From NCBI GenBank assembly GCA_027046625.1, contig JALTXX010000011.1, positions 29,246-51,495 of the forward strand: DNA of 22,250 nt, in the 5' to 3' direction. The stretch is from Candidatus Micrarchaeota archaeon (GTDB lineage Archaea; Iainarchaeota; Iainarchaeia; JAADDC01). Both the position numbers and the translations under genes were made by a program. The notes below the pieces were generated by a model. It searched no databases. It was not told the origin of the DNA and saw only the letters and a program-made list of their open reading frames with translations. This document shows positions 1 to 8,307 of this stretch, in pieces (positions within the stretch are counted from its first letter, which is position 1; each line of letters begins with the position of its first letter).

Positions 1-172
1 GTATAGCATTGTAGCCATACTTTTTAAGCCTCCTTTCTGCCTCTGATGAGGTAAGACCAACACGTATATCAGTAGAAAGGAGGGATTCTATCTCTTTTGC
101 TGGAACACTAGCAGCTGTTTCATAATTCGGGTGTGGTAGAGATGGTTGATCCTTGTGAATTAACACCTTCAC
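1..172 (-). CDS. P-type cation-transporting ATPase, N-terminal fragment (runs off the window start)
   Basis: Manual minus-strand translation from GTG at 172 gives MKVLIHKDQPSLPHPNYETAASVPAKEIESLLSTDIRVGLTSSEAERRLKKYGYNAI. GLTSSEAERRLKKYGYN is the Cation_ATPase_N signature. A TATA-like TTTATA lies 25 nt upstream. Not in the ORF track; start codon inferred. Confidence 0.85.
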   Translation of the reverse strand, partial: MKVLIHKDQPSLPHPNYETAASVPAKEIESLLSTDIRVGLTSSEAERRLKKYGYNAI

Positions 173-196
173 ACAATTGTGTAAGTGCAAACTACG

Positions 197-202
197 TATA
201 AA
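197..202 (-). promoter_or_regulatory. Putative TATA box (TTTATA, preceded by AAGG) for the P-type ATPase gene
   Basis: Minus strand reads TAAGGTTTATA, ending 25 nt before GTG 172, the spacing expected for a leaderless archaeal transcript. Confidence 0.5.
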
Positions 203-238
203 CCTTACAAATAAAAGGAGAGTCTCTCTATTCTTAGT

Positions 239-1174
239 GTGTGGGCCCGATATGTGAGGGAATGTATGGAGATAGAGAAGGGGGACAGGGTACTCATCCT
301 ATCCGATGAGAAAACAAGATTGCTAGCTGAGGAACTGCTAAGAGAGGTAAGGAAGGTCAGCGATGGGGTACTAACTTTGGTGGAGGATCATACCGAAAGG
401 CCAGCAAAGGAGTACCCCTGGACTCTAAAAAACTACGTGGAGATGGTACAGCCAACTGTAACCTTTCTCATGATAAAGATCCTACCGGGTGAGCTACCCC
501 TAAGGAAAGGTTTTGCAGAGCATGTAACATCTATGGGTGCAAGACATGCCCACATGCCAGGGTTTGATGAAAGGGTAGCCTCTGTAATAGGAGATTGCAA
601 AAACGTTAGAGAATTGACGGATTGGGTTTATGAGAGGGTGAAAAACAGCAGAGTCATACATGTGTATGGAGAGGATACGGATTTGAGGGTAGAGGTGGGG
701 TTATATAGATGGGTAAAGGATGATGGGGTAATAAAAAGTGGAGAGTGGGGTAATCTCCCACCCGGAGAGGTGTTTACAACACCTGTAAATGTAGAGGGGC
801 AGATAAAGGTAATGGAAATGGGTGATTACTTTATAGAGAGGGGTATTGTAGAGGAAACGCTTTACATTGAGAATGGGAAGTTAGTGGATGCGGAGGGAAA
901 CATAGGAAAGGAGCTAGTGGAGTATGTGGGATCGTGCAACAGGGTGGGAGAGTTTGCACTAGGCACAAACTTATACATAACACATCCAATCGGCAACCTC
1001 CTTGCAGATGAAAAGATGTTGGGTGTTCATCTAGCTTTTGGGGATCCATTAGGTGAACATACCGGCGCAGAGTGGAGTTGCGATGTACATGTTGATGTGC
1101 TCACAACCAACATCTCCGTCAAAGTCGATGGGGAGTGGCTGATGAAAGATGGAACGTATGAGAAGAGACATTGA
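239..1174 (+). CDS. M29-family (thermophilic) metallo-aminopeptidase
   Basis: Motifs NLPPGEVF, GEFALGTN, DEKMLGVHLAFG and HVD match the metal-ligand pattern of peptidase M29/AmpT-like enzymes. Confidence 0.9.
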   Translation: MWARYVRECMEIEKGDRVLILSDEKTRLLAEELLREVRKVSDGVLTLVEDHTERPAKEYPWTLKNYVEMVQPTVTFLMIKILPGELPLRKGFAEHVTSMGARHAHMPGFDERVASVIGDCKNVRELTDWVYERVKNSRVIHVYGEDTDLRVEVGLYRWVKDDGVIKSGEWGNLPPGEVFTTPVNVEGQIKVMEMGDYFIERGIVEETLYIENGKLVDAEGNIGKELVEYVGSCNRVGEFALGTNLYITHPIGNLLADEKMLGVHLAFGDPLGEHTGAEWSCDVHVDVLTTNISVKVDGEWLMKDGTYEKRH

Positions 1175-1457
1175 GGCTTTTATGAAGAGCTTAGGTAGTA
1201 CTGCATCAGAGATAAGGGTATTTATGGTTCTATACTCATCAAGAAAGTTTCTCTCAGTTTCAGAGATAGAAAAACTTTCTAACCTCTCATCCAAAAGTGT
1301 AAGAAACGCGCTTAAAAAGCTAAAAGAAAGAAAACTAGTAGTAGAAAAGAAGAAAGATGGAAAAAGTGTGTTTAGAAGTGTTTCCAACAAGGAGCTGCTA
1401 GAGCAATGGAAAAAAATGGTGGAGGATGCATTATCTCATCTATTTAGGCGTCCCTGA
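1149..1457 (+). CDS. Winged helix-turn-helix transcriptional regulator (TrmB/MarR-like)
   Basis: 102 aa, basic. SEIRVFMVL...[30 protein letters not shown] is a typical wHTH. Overlaps the aminopeptidase 3' end by 26 nt, so probably co-transcribed. Confidence 0.8.
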   Translation: MERMRRDIEAFMKSLGSTASEIRVFMVLYSSRKFLSVSEIEKLSNLSSKSVRNALKKLKERKLVVEKKKDGKSVFRSVSNKELLEQWKKMVEDALSHLFRRP

Positions 1458-2391
1458 TACCTTCAGCTGTTATCTCAAATACTACCTCACCCTCCGGAAG
1501 GTGAGGTGAATCTACCAGCCTTGCTATGCGTTTCTCTCCCTTACCCTTTCTTAGATACACTCTATAGGTAGCAGCATGACCCATTACGTGACCACCAACC
1601 GGTTCCGTAGGGTCTCCGAAGAGTATATCTGGCTTGGCCATCACCTGATTGGTAACCACCACCGCAAGGTTGTGTGCATCTGCCAACCGCTGGAGGGTGT
1701 GGATGTGCCTGTTAAGTTTTTGCTGGCGTTCTGCAAGCTTTCCCCTACCCACATACTCGGCTCTAAAATGAGCAGTTAGGGAGTCTACCACAATGAGCCG
1801 GATGTTATGATCCTCTATAATCTCCTTTGCCTTTTCTGCAAGCAGCATCTGATGATCAGAGTTATACGCTCTAGCCACAAAGATACGCTTCAGAGCTTCT
1901 GATGGCTCTAATCCCACGCCCTTTGCCATGGAGATGATTCTTTCAGGTCTAAAGGTATTCTCTGTATCTATATAAAGGGCTGATCCGTTTAAACCTCCCT
2001 TTTCAAAGGGAAGCTGGACATTTACAGCTAGTTGATGACAAATTTGGGTTTTCCCAGAGCCAAACTTACCATAAAACTCCGTTATAGCCTGGGTTTCTAT
2101 ACCTCCTCCCAACAGCTCATCTAAGTTAGAGGAACCTGTTGTAATCTTCCCTACCTCTTCCCTTCTCTTCAACAAATCTTCTGCTGACATCCAACCCATA
2201 TCAAGGGCTTCTCTTGCTGCATTTATAATCTTTAGTGCCTGCGTTTCTCCTAAGCCAGCAACCTCCGCAAGCTCAAGAGGAGAAGCAACAGCAATAGACT
2301 CTAATGTGTTGTAGCCTGCTGCGTAGAGCTTTTCTGCAGTGGAAGGCCCCACGCCTGGCAGATCTTCTATCTTTGTAATGCGCTCCACCAT
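1444..2391 (-). CDS. radA: DNA repair and recombination protein RadA
   Basis: N-terminal HhH (IEDLPGVG), Walker [34 protein letters not shown] and [15 protein letters not shown]. No intein. Confidence 0.98.
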   Translation of the reverse strand: MVERITKIEDLPGVGPSTAEKLYAAGYNTLESIAVASPLELAEVAGLGETQALKIINAAREALDMGWMSAEDLLKRREEVGKITTGSSNLDELLGGGIETQAITEFYGKFGSGKTQICHQLAVNVQLPFEKGGLNGSALYIDTENTFRPERIISMAKGVGLEPSEALKRIFVARAYNSDHQMLLAEKAKEIIEDHNIRLIVVDSLTAHFRAEYVGRGKLAERQQKLNRHIHTLQRLADAHNLAVVVTNQVMAKPDILFGDPTEPVGGHVMGHAATYRVYLRKGKGEKRIARLVDSPHLPEGEVVFEITAEGIRDA

Positions 2392-2413
2392 GTACTAAAT
2401 GTTATGTTATAAG

Positions 2414-2419
2414 CTTAAA
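2414..2419 (-). promoter_or_regulatory. Putative TATA box (TTTAAG) for radA
   Basis: Ends 23 nt before the radA ATG at 2391. Confidence 0.4.
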
Positions 2420-2441
2420 GGGGGAAGGGAGTATCGTTCCC

Positions 2442-3647
2442 CTATTCCCCTAAAGAGTTAATCAGCATTTTGATATAGTCTTCCTTGTTTGGAGCATCTA
2501 TTGAGTGGAGCAGTATCTCTTTGTCACTTTCACCCCTCACAGTACCCCTCACACTAACGATGGAACCCAACAGTTTCTCCTTAAAGGTGTCCGCCTCTTC
2601 AGGGGTGGAAAAAAGCCCCTTCAGTGGGTTCCCTACTCCAAACACCTTTATATTTCCGCTCCCATCAGATAACACAAAGGAGAGCACAGGCACCACGTCT
2701 ACGTGCTTAGACCCGCAGTTATTACAAACCCATTCTCCTTCTTCATAAGAAGCTTCACCTCCGCAATCTAAACACTTTGCGACAAAGAACTTCTTATTTA
2801 CAATCCTTACCACAACTCCTATAACTTCTACTCTTTCTCCTCCCCTTACATCTTCCACAGGTTTGAACAAATACTCTTTTTTCTCTACTAAAATATTACC
2901 TTCTTCCCCTACATAGAGGGTAGGACCCCTTTCCCCTTCCTCTACATAACCACCCTCTACCACCACCTCATCTCCCACAGAAAGATCCATCTCCTTCCCC
3001 CATACCACCACCCGTATCCTACCGCTATCGTCTTCTCCTATAAAGGATGTATAGGGCTTTCCTTCGCTAGTTTTTCCCGTTCCCAGCGTTGTATAAACCC
3101 TTAAGCGTGAAAACACTCCTTTCATCCCCTCCTTCATATCAGAAACCTTAGTATATTCAGGGTTTTCCACCAATATCCTGCTTGTAATACCCGTTACAAG
3201 GGAAAGTCTCCCGTTATATTCCTCAACTCTTCCGTTTATCACCTCCACTACACTTCCGGGCTTTATAACACCTTTTGAAACGAGTTCCGCATCTCTGTTC
3301 CATAAAACTACCCTTATACTACCACTCTCATCCTCCAAAAGGAAAGATGCATACTTACCCTTCCTTCCCTCCCTTTCATACTCTCTCATCGGGAATATCC
3401 TGCTAACCCTCCCCCTAACCGTAATTCCATCCATACCTGGCTTTAGTTCGCCTATCTCTATTCTTGGGTTCATTACTCTTTCCATCTCTATGTCTAAACC
3501 CAGATCTTTTGCTATCAGATACAGTGCTCCAACCTCTGTTAGTAGAGATGCGTACTCTTTCAATTTTTTCTCCAGCAATACTTCTAGCTCTGCCCTGCTT
3601 ATGCCAGTCTTTTCCTGAATAAGCTGCTTGAGTTCCTCCGCTTCCAT
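2442..3647 (-). CDS. rpa: Replication protein A (multi-OB-fold ssDNA-binding protein with Zn finger)
   Basis: Start placed at ATG 3647 (MEAEELKQ), since the ORF-track extension overlaps truA. N-terminal helical domain, repeated OB motifs (LEDESGSIRVVLW, GEDDSGRIRVVVW, LSDGSGNIKV) and a CxxC...CxxC zinc finger (CLDC/CNNC). Confidence 0.9.
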   Translation of the reverse strand: MEAEELKQLIQEKTGISRAELEVLLEKKLKEYASLLTEVGALYLIAKDLGLDIEMERVMNPRIEIGELKPGMDGITVRGRVSRIFPMREYEREGRKGKYASFLLEDESGSIRVVLWNRDAELVSKGVIKPGSVVEVINGRVEEYNGRLSLVTGITSRILVENPEYTKVSDMKEGMKGVFSRLRVYTTLGTGKTSEGKPYTSFIGEDDSGRIRVVVWGKEMDLSVGDEVVVEGGYVEEGERGPTLYVGEEGNILVEKKEYLFKPVEDVRGGERVEVIGVVVRIVNKKFFVAKCLDCGGEASYEEGEWVCNNCGSKHVDVVPVLSFVLSDGSGNIKVFGVGNPLKGLFSTPEEADTFKEKLLGSIVSVRGTVRGESDKEILLHSIDAPNKEDYIKMLINSLGE

Positions 3648-4380
3648 GTTAAAATGTTTCCTCCGAAGGGTTTTTGTGTACCTCTGCAGGGTGGGGTATA
3701 TAGGTTGGAACTTCAGAGGGACAAACATACAAAGAGACGTAAGGACTGTTGAAGGGGAGATGGAACGTGTATTGGGGGGAAAGGTAAGGTTTCTTAGTAG
3801 AACAGACGCAGGCGTTTCAGCTATGAACAACTACGCTCTTTGTTGGTGCAGAGAGAGCCCCTTTAAGATAAACGAGTTAGATGATATATGGATTACGGGA
3901 TTTTCAAAGATTGAAAGGAAGCCTAAGGTGTTCTGGCGATGGTATAGATACTATTTTCCCAAGGAGATAGAAATAAGCTCCCAATCTATAGAGCCGTTCA
4001 TAGGAAAAAAGGATTTTCGCTATCTCTCCATTCCCGAGGGAAGAAATACCACAAGGGAAGTATTGGATATACGAGTATTTAGAGGTATGGGATTCACCGT
4101 TTTCGATGTGTTTGGTAGATCCTTCCTGAGGCAGATGGTTAGAAGACTGGTAAATGCCATTATATTGGTAGAGAAGGGAATCAATCCGGATGATATCTTT
4201 TCTGGAAAGTTAAGGGTTCCTCCCCTTCCCCCAGAAGGATTGGTGCTCATGGATATGAAGCTAGACGTATCTGTTCCTGTGATGGAGGAAAAGAGAGTGC
4301 TGGTAAAGGAGCGGCTGAAAAAGCTTAGAGAGGAATTTCTCATTAAAAGGTTGGTACTTTCCAATGATTGGGTCATTTAA
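3646..4380 (+). CDS. truA: tRNA pseudouridine(38-40) synthase
   Basis: YIGWNFRG...Q...TVEGE, catalytic SRTDAGVSA, SFLRQMVRRLV and PPEGLVL. Start is either ATG 3646 or GTG 3676. Confidence 0.92.
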   Translation: MLKCFLRRVFVYLCRVGYIGWNFRGTNIQRDVRTVEGEMERVLGGKVRFLSRTDAGVSAMNNYALCWCRESPFKINELDDIWITGFSKIERKPKVFWRWYRYYFPKEIEISSQSIEPFIGKKDFRYLSIPEGRNTTREVLDIRVFRGMGFTVFDVFGRSFLRQMVRRLVNAIILVEKGINPDDIFSGKLRVPPLPPEGLVLMDMKLDVSVPVMEEKRVLVKERLKKLREEFLIKRLVLSNDWVI

Positions 4381-4404
4381 GCCTTGCTATCCTCCTATAA
4401 CATC

Positions 4405-5835
4405 ATGGTAGATGTTTCTCAGTTAAGGGAAATAAGAAGGGGGGTGTGGGAGCTCAGCCCAAGGGGAGATATGAGAGTACCGTTGAGAATATACGGTACG
4501 AGGAGGATCATAGAGGAACTTGAGGAGACTGCGGTCCAACAGGGGATAAATGTAGCCTCCATGCCCGGTATTGTAGACCATGCCATTATGCTGCCTGATG
4601 CCCACCAAGGGTACGGATTTCCCATAGGTGGAGTGGCTGCCTTCGATACAGAGGACGGTCTAATCTCTCCGGGAGGTGTAGGCTTTGACATCAACTGTGG
4701 TGTTAGAGTTGTTCTAACTTCTCTTCAAGAGAAGGATGTGAGACCTAAGCTAAAGGAGCTGGTGGAGGTACTATTCCATAACGTTCCCTCCGGGGTGGGA
4801 AGTGAAGGGAAGATAAGGCTCTCAAAAGGACAGTTAGAGGAGGTAATGACTGAGGGTGTAAACTGGGCTATCTCCATGGGCTACGGATGGGAGGAGGATA
4901 GGGATAGAATCGAAGAGAATGGAAGGATGGAGGGGGCAGATCCAGACAAAGTGTCAGACGCTGCTAGGAAGAGGGGTGCTCCACAATTGGGAACCCTTGG
5001 TTCTGGGAACCATTTCCTTGAAATCCAGAGGGTGGATAAGATATTTTCTCCGGACATTGCAGATAGGTTCGGTCTCTTTAAGGATCAAATAGTAGTAATG
5101 ATACATACAGGGAGCAGAGGGTTTGGACACCAAATTGCCTCAGACTATTTGAAGGTTATGGAAAAGGTTATGAAAAAGTATAACATTGTTTTGCCAGACA
5201 AACAGCTTGCATCCGTTCCTTTCAATACAAGAGAGGCTCAAGACTACTTTTCCGCTATGAAAGCCGCCGTAAACTTTGCATTCACAAACAGGCAGATGAT
5301 CACCCATTGGGTAAGGGAGAGCTTCTCAAAGGTGTTTAAGGAAGATCCTGAAGATTTGGGAATGCACATACTATATGATGTAGCTCATAACATTGCAAAA
5401 CTCGAGGTTCACAAGGGAAGAGAGCTAATTGTACATAGAAAGGGTGCTACAAGATCCTTCCCAGCAGGGAGAAAGGAGATACCGGAGATTTACAGGGATG
5501 TAGGTCAACCCGTTCTCATACCCGGCAGCATGGGAACAGCATCCTATATATTGGTGGGGGCGCCCACAGCAATGGAGGAAACCTTTGGAAGCACATGTCA
5601 CGGCGCTGGAAGGGTACTCTCTAGAACGGCAGCAAAAAGAAGGTGGAGCGGAAAAGAAATAGAGCAGATGCTAGAATCGGAGGGCAGAGCGGTGCGAGCT
5701 GTGTCCTACAGGGTACTGGCAGAGGAGGCACCCGAGGCATACAAGGATGTGGACGAGGTGATTCGATCTGTGGATATTGCAGGGCTGTCAAAACCGGTGT
5801 CGAGGAACGTTCCTATAGGGGTAGTAAAGGGCTAA
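4405..5835 (+). CDS. rtcB: tRNA-splicing RNA ligase RtcB
   Basis: Motifs PDAHQGYGFPIGGV, DINCGV, GNHFLE, HTGSRG, HNIAK, HRKGATR, STCHGAGR and EEAPEAYK. Start placed at ATG 4405. No intein. Confidence 0.97.
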   Translation: MVDVSQLREIRRGVWELSPRGDMRVPLRIYGTRRIIEELEETAVQQGINVASMPGIVDHAIMLPDAHQGYGFPIGGVAAFDTEDGLISPGGVGFDINCGVRVVLTSLQEKDVRPKLKELVEVLFHNVPSGVGSEGKIRLSKGQLEEVMTEGVNWAISMGYGWEEDRDRIEENGRMEGADPDKVSDAARKRGAPQLGTLGSGNHFLEIQRVDKIFSPDIADRFGLFKDQIVVMIHTGSRGFGHQIASDYLKVMEKVMKKYNIVLPDKQLASVPFNTREAQDYFSAMKAAVNFAFTNRQMITHWVRESFSKVFKEDPEDLGMHILYDVAHNIAKLEVHKGRELIVHRKGATRSFPAGRKEIPEIYRDVGQPVLIPGSMGTASYILVGAPTAMEETFGSTCHGAGRVLSRTAAKRRWSGKEIEQMLESEGRAVRAVSYRVLAEEAPEAYKDVDEVIRSVDIAGLSKPVSRNVPIGVVKG

Positions 5836-6224
5836 AATGTTCTGCTCAGCTCTGCAAGAGGATGCCCCTTTACGCTTATCATAAACCTTTTATACCATCC
5901 AAAGGGAGCCCTTACTGCATTTCTTAAGCGCTGTTCCAACATTTTTAGTAGCTTCAGCGCATCCCCTGGCGGAGCTGGATTTTGAGTAAGGTGCACCCAC
6001 GGATAAAGTACCACATGTTTGGGCTTGATACGCTCTAGATGTTCTTCTATATCCTTTACTGCCTTTTCCACAGTATCTTCGTTATCTCCTTTTTCAACGG
6101 CCACCATAACCACAAGACAGTCATCTACTCTTTTTCTCCCCATCTCTACAGGCTCTGCAGACTTTAAAGCCTTGCTAACAGGTTCCCACTCAACGAAGTC
6201 CGCATGTAAATATATCACCTTCAC
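5832..6224 (-). CDS. Free-standing archaeal threonyl-tRNA synthetase editing domain (tRNA-Thr_ED, DTD-like fold)
   Basis: From GTG 6224 it reads MKVIYLHADFVEWEP...VAVEKGD...VVLYPWVHL...RAPFGWYKRFMISVKGHPLAELSRTF*, matching the N-terminal editing domain of archaeal ThrRS. It stops right after GHPLAELSR (130 aa). Confidence 0.9.
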   Translation of the reverse strand: MKVIYLHADFVEWEPVSKALKSAEPVEMGRKRVDDCLVVMVAVEKGDNEDTVEKAVKDIEEHLERIKPKHVVLYPWVHLTQNPAPPGDALKLLKMLEQRLRNAVRAPFGWYKRFMISVKGHPLAELSRTF

Positions 6225-6282
6225 CTCTTTAGAAGAGAGAAGGGGTTTAAGACTGTAACTTATACATAACGACCCCCTAACC

Positions 6283-6295
6283 GAAAGGTATTTAT
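6283..6295 (+). promoter_or_regulatory. BRE-TATA element (GAAAGG-TATTTAT) for the pilin-lectin gene
   Basis: Purine-rich BRE followed by a TATA-like box ending 22 nt before ATG 6317. Confidence 0.55.
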
Positions 6296-6316
6296 TCATC
6301 GTTTTTTTTCGTTAGG

Positions 6317-7195
6317 ATGAGAGGTATTTCACCCATTGTGGCAACGGTGCTGTTGATTGCTATCGTTGTTGCTATTGGAGCATTGCTCTATATGGGAGTG
6401 GCCCAGATGTTAGAGAACACCCCCACCAAGGAAAAGGCTGCCCACACCATAATGTTTGACGCCTATGCAAAGGAAGTTCCTCCAGGAACTTATGGCTTCT
6501 ACTTCCACTACTATGTGCCTGTTTCCACCCAGATGAACTGGATAGACGCCTTCAACTATTGTAAAGAAAGGGGGATGTTCCTTACCATGCCAAGAAATAG
6601 GGATCAGCTAAACAGGCTAATAGGCATTCTAAAGGAGAAGGGATGGAGTATGGCATGGATTGGAGTTTACCTCCAGCCAGGTGTTCCCAAGGCAGAGGGT
6701 GAATGGTATTACCTCACAGGAGAGGAGGTACCTGACTTTCTATGGGCTCCTGGTCAGCCATCTATAGCGTTAGATTATGAAACTGTGGGTGCAGTGGCAA
6801 CAACTCCCTATGCTGAAGGAGTACATGACTTCAACGGAGAAACGTCTCTTCCATTCTTCTGCGAAGGCATAAGGATAGGGTTCTCCGTATCTAATCTCTC
6901 CTCCAAAGATAACTTCTACCTTTACAAAGCTGTTTTTCAGCTATCCTCCATCGGAGGTAGCACGATTACCTCCGTGCCGGCAGACTCTACTTACTTCGTC
7001 GATGTAAACATAGGAGGAACAGTTCATAGGCTGGATATTAGAGCCTTAAGATGTGGTTTGTTTACTGTGCCTCCCACCAAATCTACCGTTTGTAATGTGT
7101 GGGCCATTCCCTATGAAGTTAGCAGCGTCGAGCCAGACAGTCTCAGGGTGTGTTTGATAGGAGAGGGAGTTAGGGTGTGTGATATCATTCCCTAA
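6317..7195 (+). CDS. Type IV pilin/archaellin-like protein (class III signal peptide) with an inserted C-type lectin domain
   Basis: N-terminus MRG|ISPIVATVLLIAIVVAIG is a prepilin-peptidase substrate motif. Residues ~63-183 match a C-type lectin domain: MNWIDAFNYC, AWIG, WAPGQP and PFFCE. Confidence 0.85.
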   Translation: MRGISPIVATVLLIAIVVAIGALLYMGVAQMLENTPTKEKAAHTIMFDAYAKEVPPGTYGFYFHYYVPVSTQMNWIDAFNYCKERGMFLTMPRNRDQLNRLIGILKEKGWSMAWIGVYLQPGVPKAEGEWYYLTGEEVPDFLWAPGQPSIALDYETVGAVATTPYAEGVHDFNGETSLPFFCEGIRIGFSVSNLSSKDNFYLYKAVFQLSSIGGSTITSVPADSTYFVDVNIGGTVHRLDIRALRCGLFTVPPTKSTVCNVWAIPYEVSSVEPDSLRVCLIGEGVRVCDIIP

Positions 7196-7649
7196 GCCCT
7201 AATCTTCTTAATAACTCCTTCCTTTCCTCTACGTTCTCCCTTTCCTTTGTTGTATAACCATCCATCACGCCAAGAACGGCTCTCTGCTCCCCTTCCTCGT
7301 ATATAACAACCCTTATAGGGTTGGAGGTTGCCACGTAGATGGAAACCACTGTAGGGACCATTTTTATATTGTTTAGAACATGCACAGGAAATGCATTCTT
7401 GAAACATATTACAAATACATGGCCTGCCCCTATCTTCATGGCATACTCTATTGCCTTTTCCTTCAAATCCTCATCATTTCCTTCATATCTTGTCACTCTT
7501 CCGCTCCCATCGTTCATGGCAACACCGAAGGAAACATTTGGAGCAGAGGACAGCATGGCATCTCTCAAATACTCTACAGTCTTAAGGCTAAAGTTGCCCT
7601 GCCCTATAATTACCTCACACGGAGGTTTTCCTAGATCCAACACTTTCAT
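7185..7649 (-). CDS. Adenosine-specific kinase family protein (PAE2307/DUF355-like)
   Basis: VIIGQ..F..KTVE, FGVAMN..SG, GNDEDL, IGAGHVFVI, AFPVHVLN.IK.VP.V..IY.AT.NP and RAVLGVMDG match this family. The biochemical function of the family is not firmly established. Confidence 0.85.
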   Translation of the reverse strand: MKVLDLGKPPCEVIIGQGNFSLKTVEYLRDAMLSSAPNVSFGVAMNDGSGRVTRYEGNDEDLKEKAIEYAMKIGAGHVFVICFKNAFPVHVLNNIKMVPTVVSIYVATSNPIRVVIYEEGEQRAVLGVMDGYTTKERENVEERKELLRRLGLRE

Positions 7650-8260
7650 GGTCTCCCCTCCTCCGTATGCTTATCAAGTATCTTCCAGAAGGTGTTTAAT
7701 TTCCTATGGATAGTAGCATCTGCAGGTACTTTTTCCACTATATGACCTCTCCGCTCCAATTCCTCCATGATCTCCTTGAATCTATCATTGATAAACCTCA
7801 GATACCTCTCATCCTTTTCCTCCTCCTTTAGCTCCTCCGTCCTTTGTCTTCCCATAATTCTCCTTAGTATAATTTTTGGGTCTCTTTCCACTATGAAAAA
7901 CACGTTAACTATCTTTGTATTAGCTTTCTTCTCAAGAGGTTCAAGGCTCCTCTCCAACATCTCCTCTAGGGTTTTTGCATGCTCTCGCGCCCACCATTCA
8001 TTATAGGGTATCACCTGACGAGGCCCAAAGTCCAATATTACAGGGTGATGCTCTCCCAACCCCAACGCGTAGGCATATCCTAAGATTGCAGAGTGAAGGA
8101 AGGTACTCTGTCTGAAAAAGGGATTTAATTGGGTTATATTGCTAAACTTATCAGCAGCATCTGACTTTACAAGGTAAAATCCCCTATCGTGGGCCACAGG
8201 TTCAGATATAAAGCTCTTACCAGACCCATGCACCCCATGGAGGGAGAAGAGCACAGACAT
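7646..8260 (-). CDS. P-loop deoxynucleoside/nucleoside-monophosphate kinase family protein
   Basis: Walker A HGVHGSGKS at the N-terminus, lid RRIMGRQR, and YLRFINDRF resembling dNK/TMPK folds. Four-nt ATGA overlap with the downstream gene. Confidence 0.7.
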   Translation of the reverse strand: MSVLFSLHGVHGSGKSFISEPVAHDRGFYLVKSDAADKFSNITQLNPFFRQSTFLHSAILGYAYALGLGEHHPVILDFGPRQVIPYNEWWAREHAKTLEEMLERSLEPLEKKANTKIVNVFFIVERDPKIILRRIMGRQRTEELKEEEKDERYLRFINDRFKEIMEELERRGHIVEKVPADATIHRKLNTFWKILDKHTEEGRP

Positions 8261-8284
8261 TAATTTACATATACAACGATAGGG

Positions 8285-8291
8285 CTTAATA
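8285..8291 (-). promoter_or_regulatory. Putative TATA box (TATTAAG) for the kinase pair
   Basis: Ends 25 nt before ATG 8260. Confidence 0.45.
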
Positions 8292-8307
8292 TTTGATATG
8301 GGTAGAT

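Noticed and set aside
44-62. CTGATGA-GGT-AAG-ACC resembling a hammerhead ribozyme core or C box
   Set aside because: No GAAA follows the short stem and no D box lies at a suitable distance. The segment is the antisense of the conserved GLTSSEA codons of the P-type ATPase.
2421-2450. GGGGAA...TTCCCC hairpin between rpa and radA
   Set aside because: Only a 6-bp stem that overlaps the rpa stop. It may contribute to termination but is too weak to call.
3648-3830. N-terminal extension of RPA given by the ORF track
   Set aside because: It overlaps conserved truA motifs on the opposite strand, and RPA-like sequence starts at MEAEELKQ (3647).
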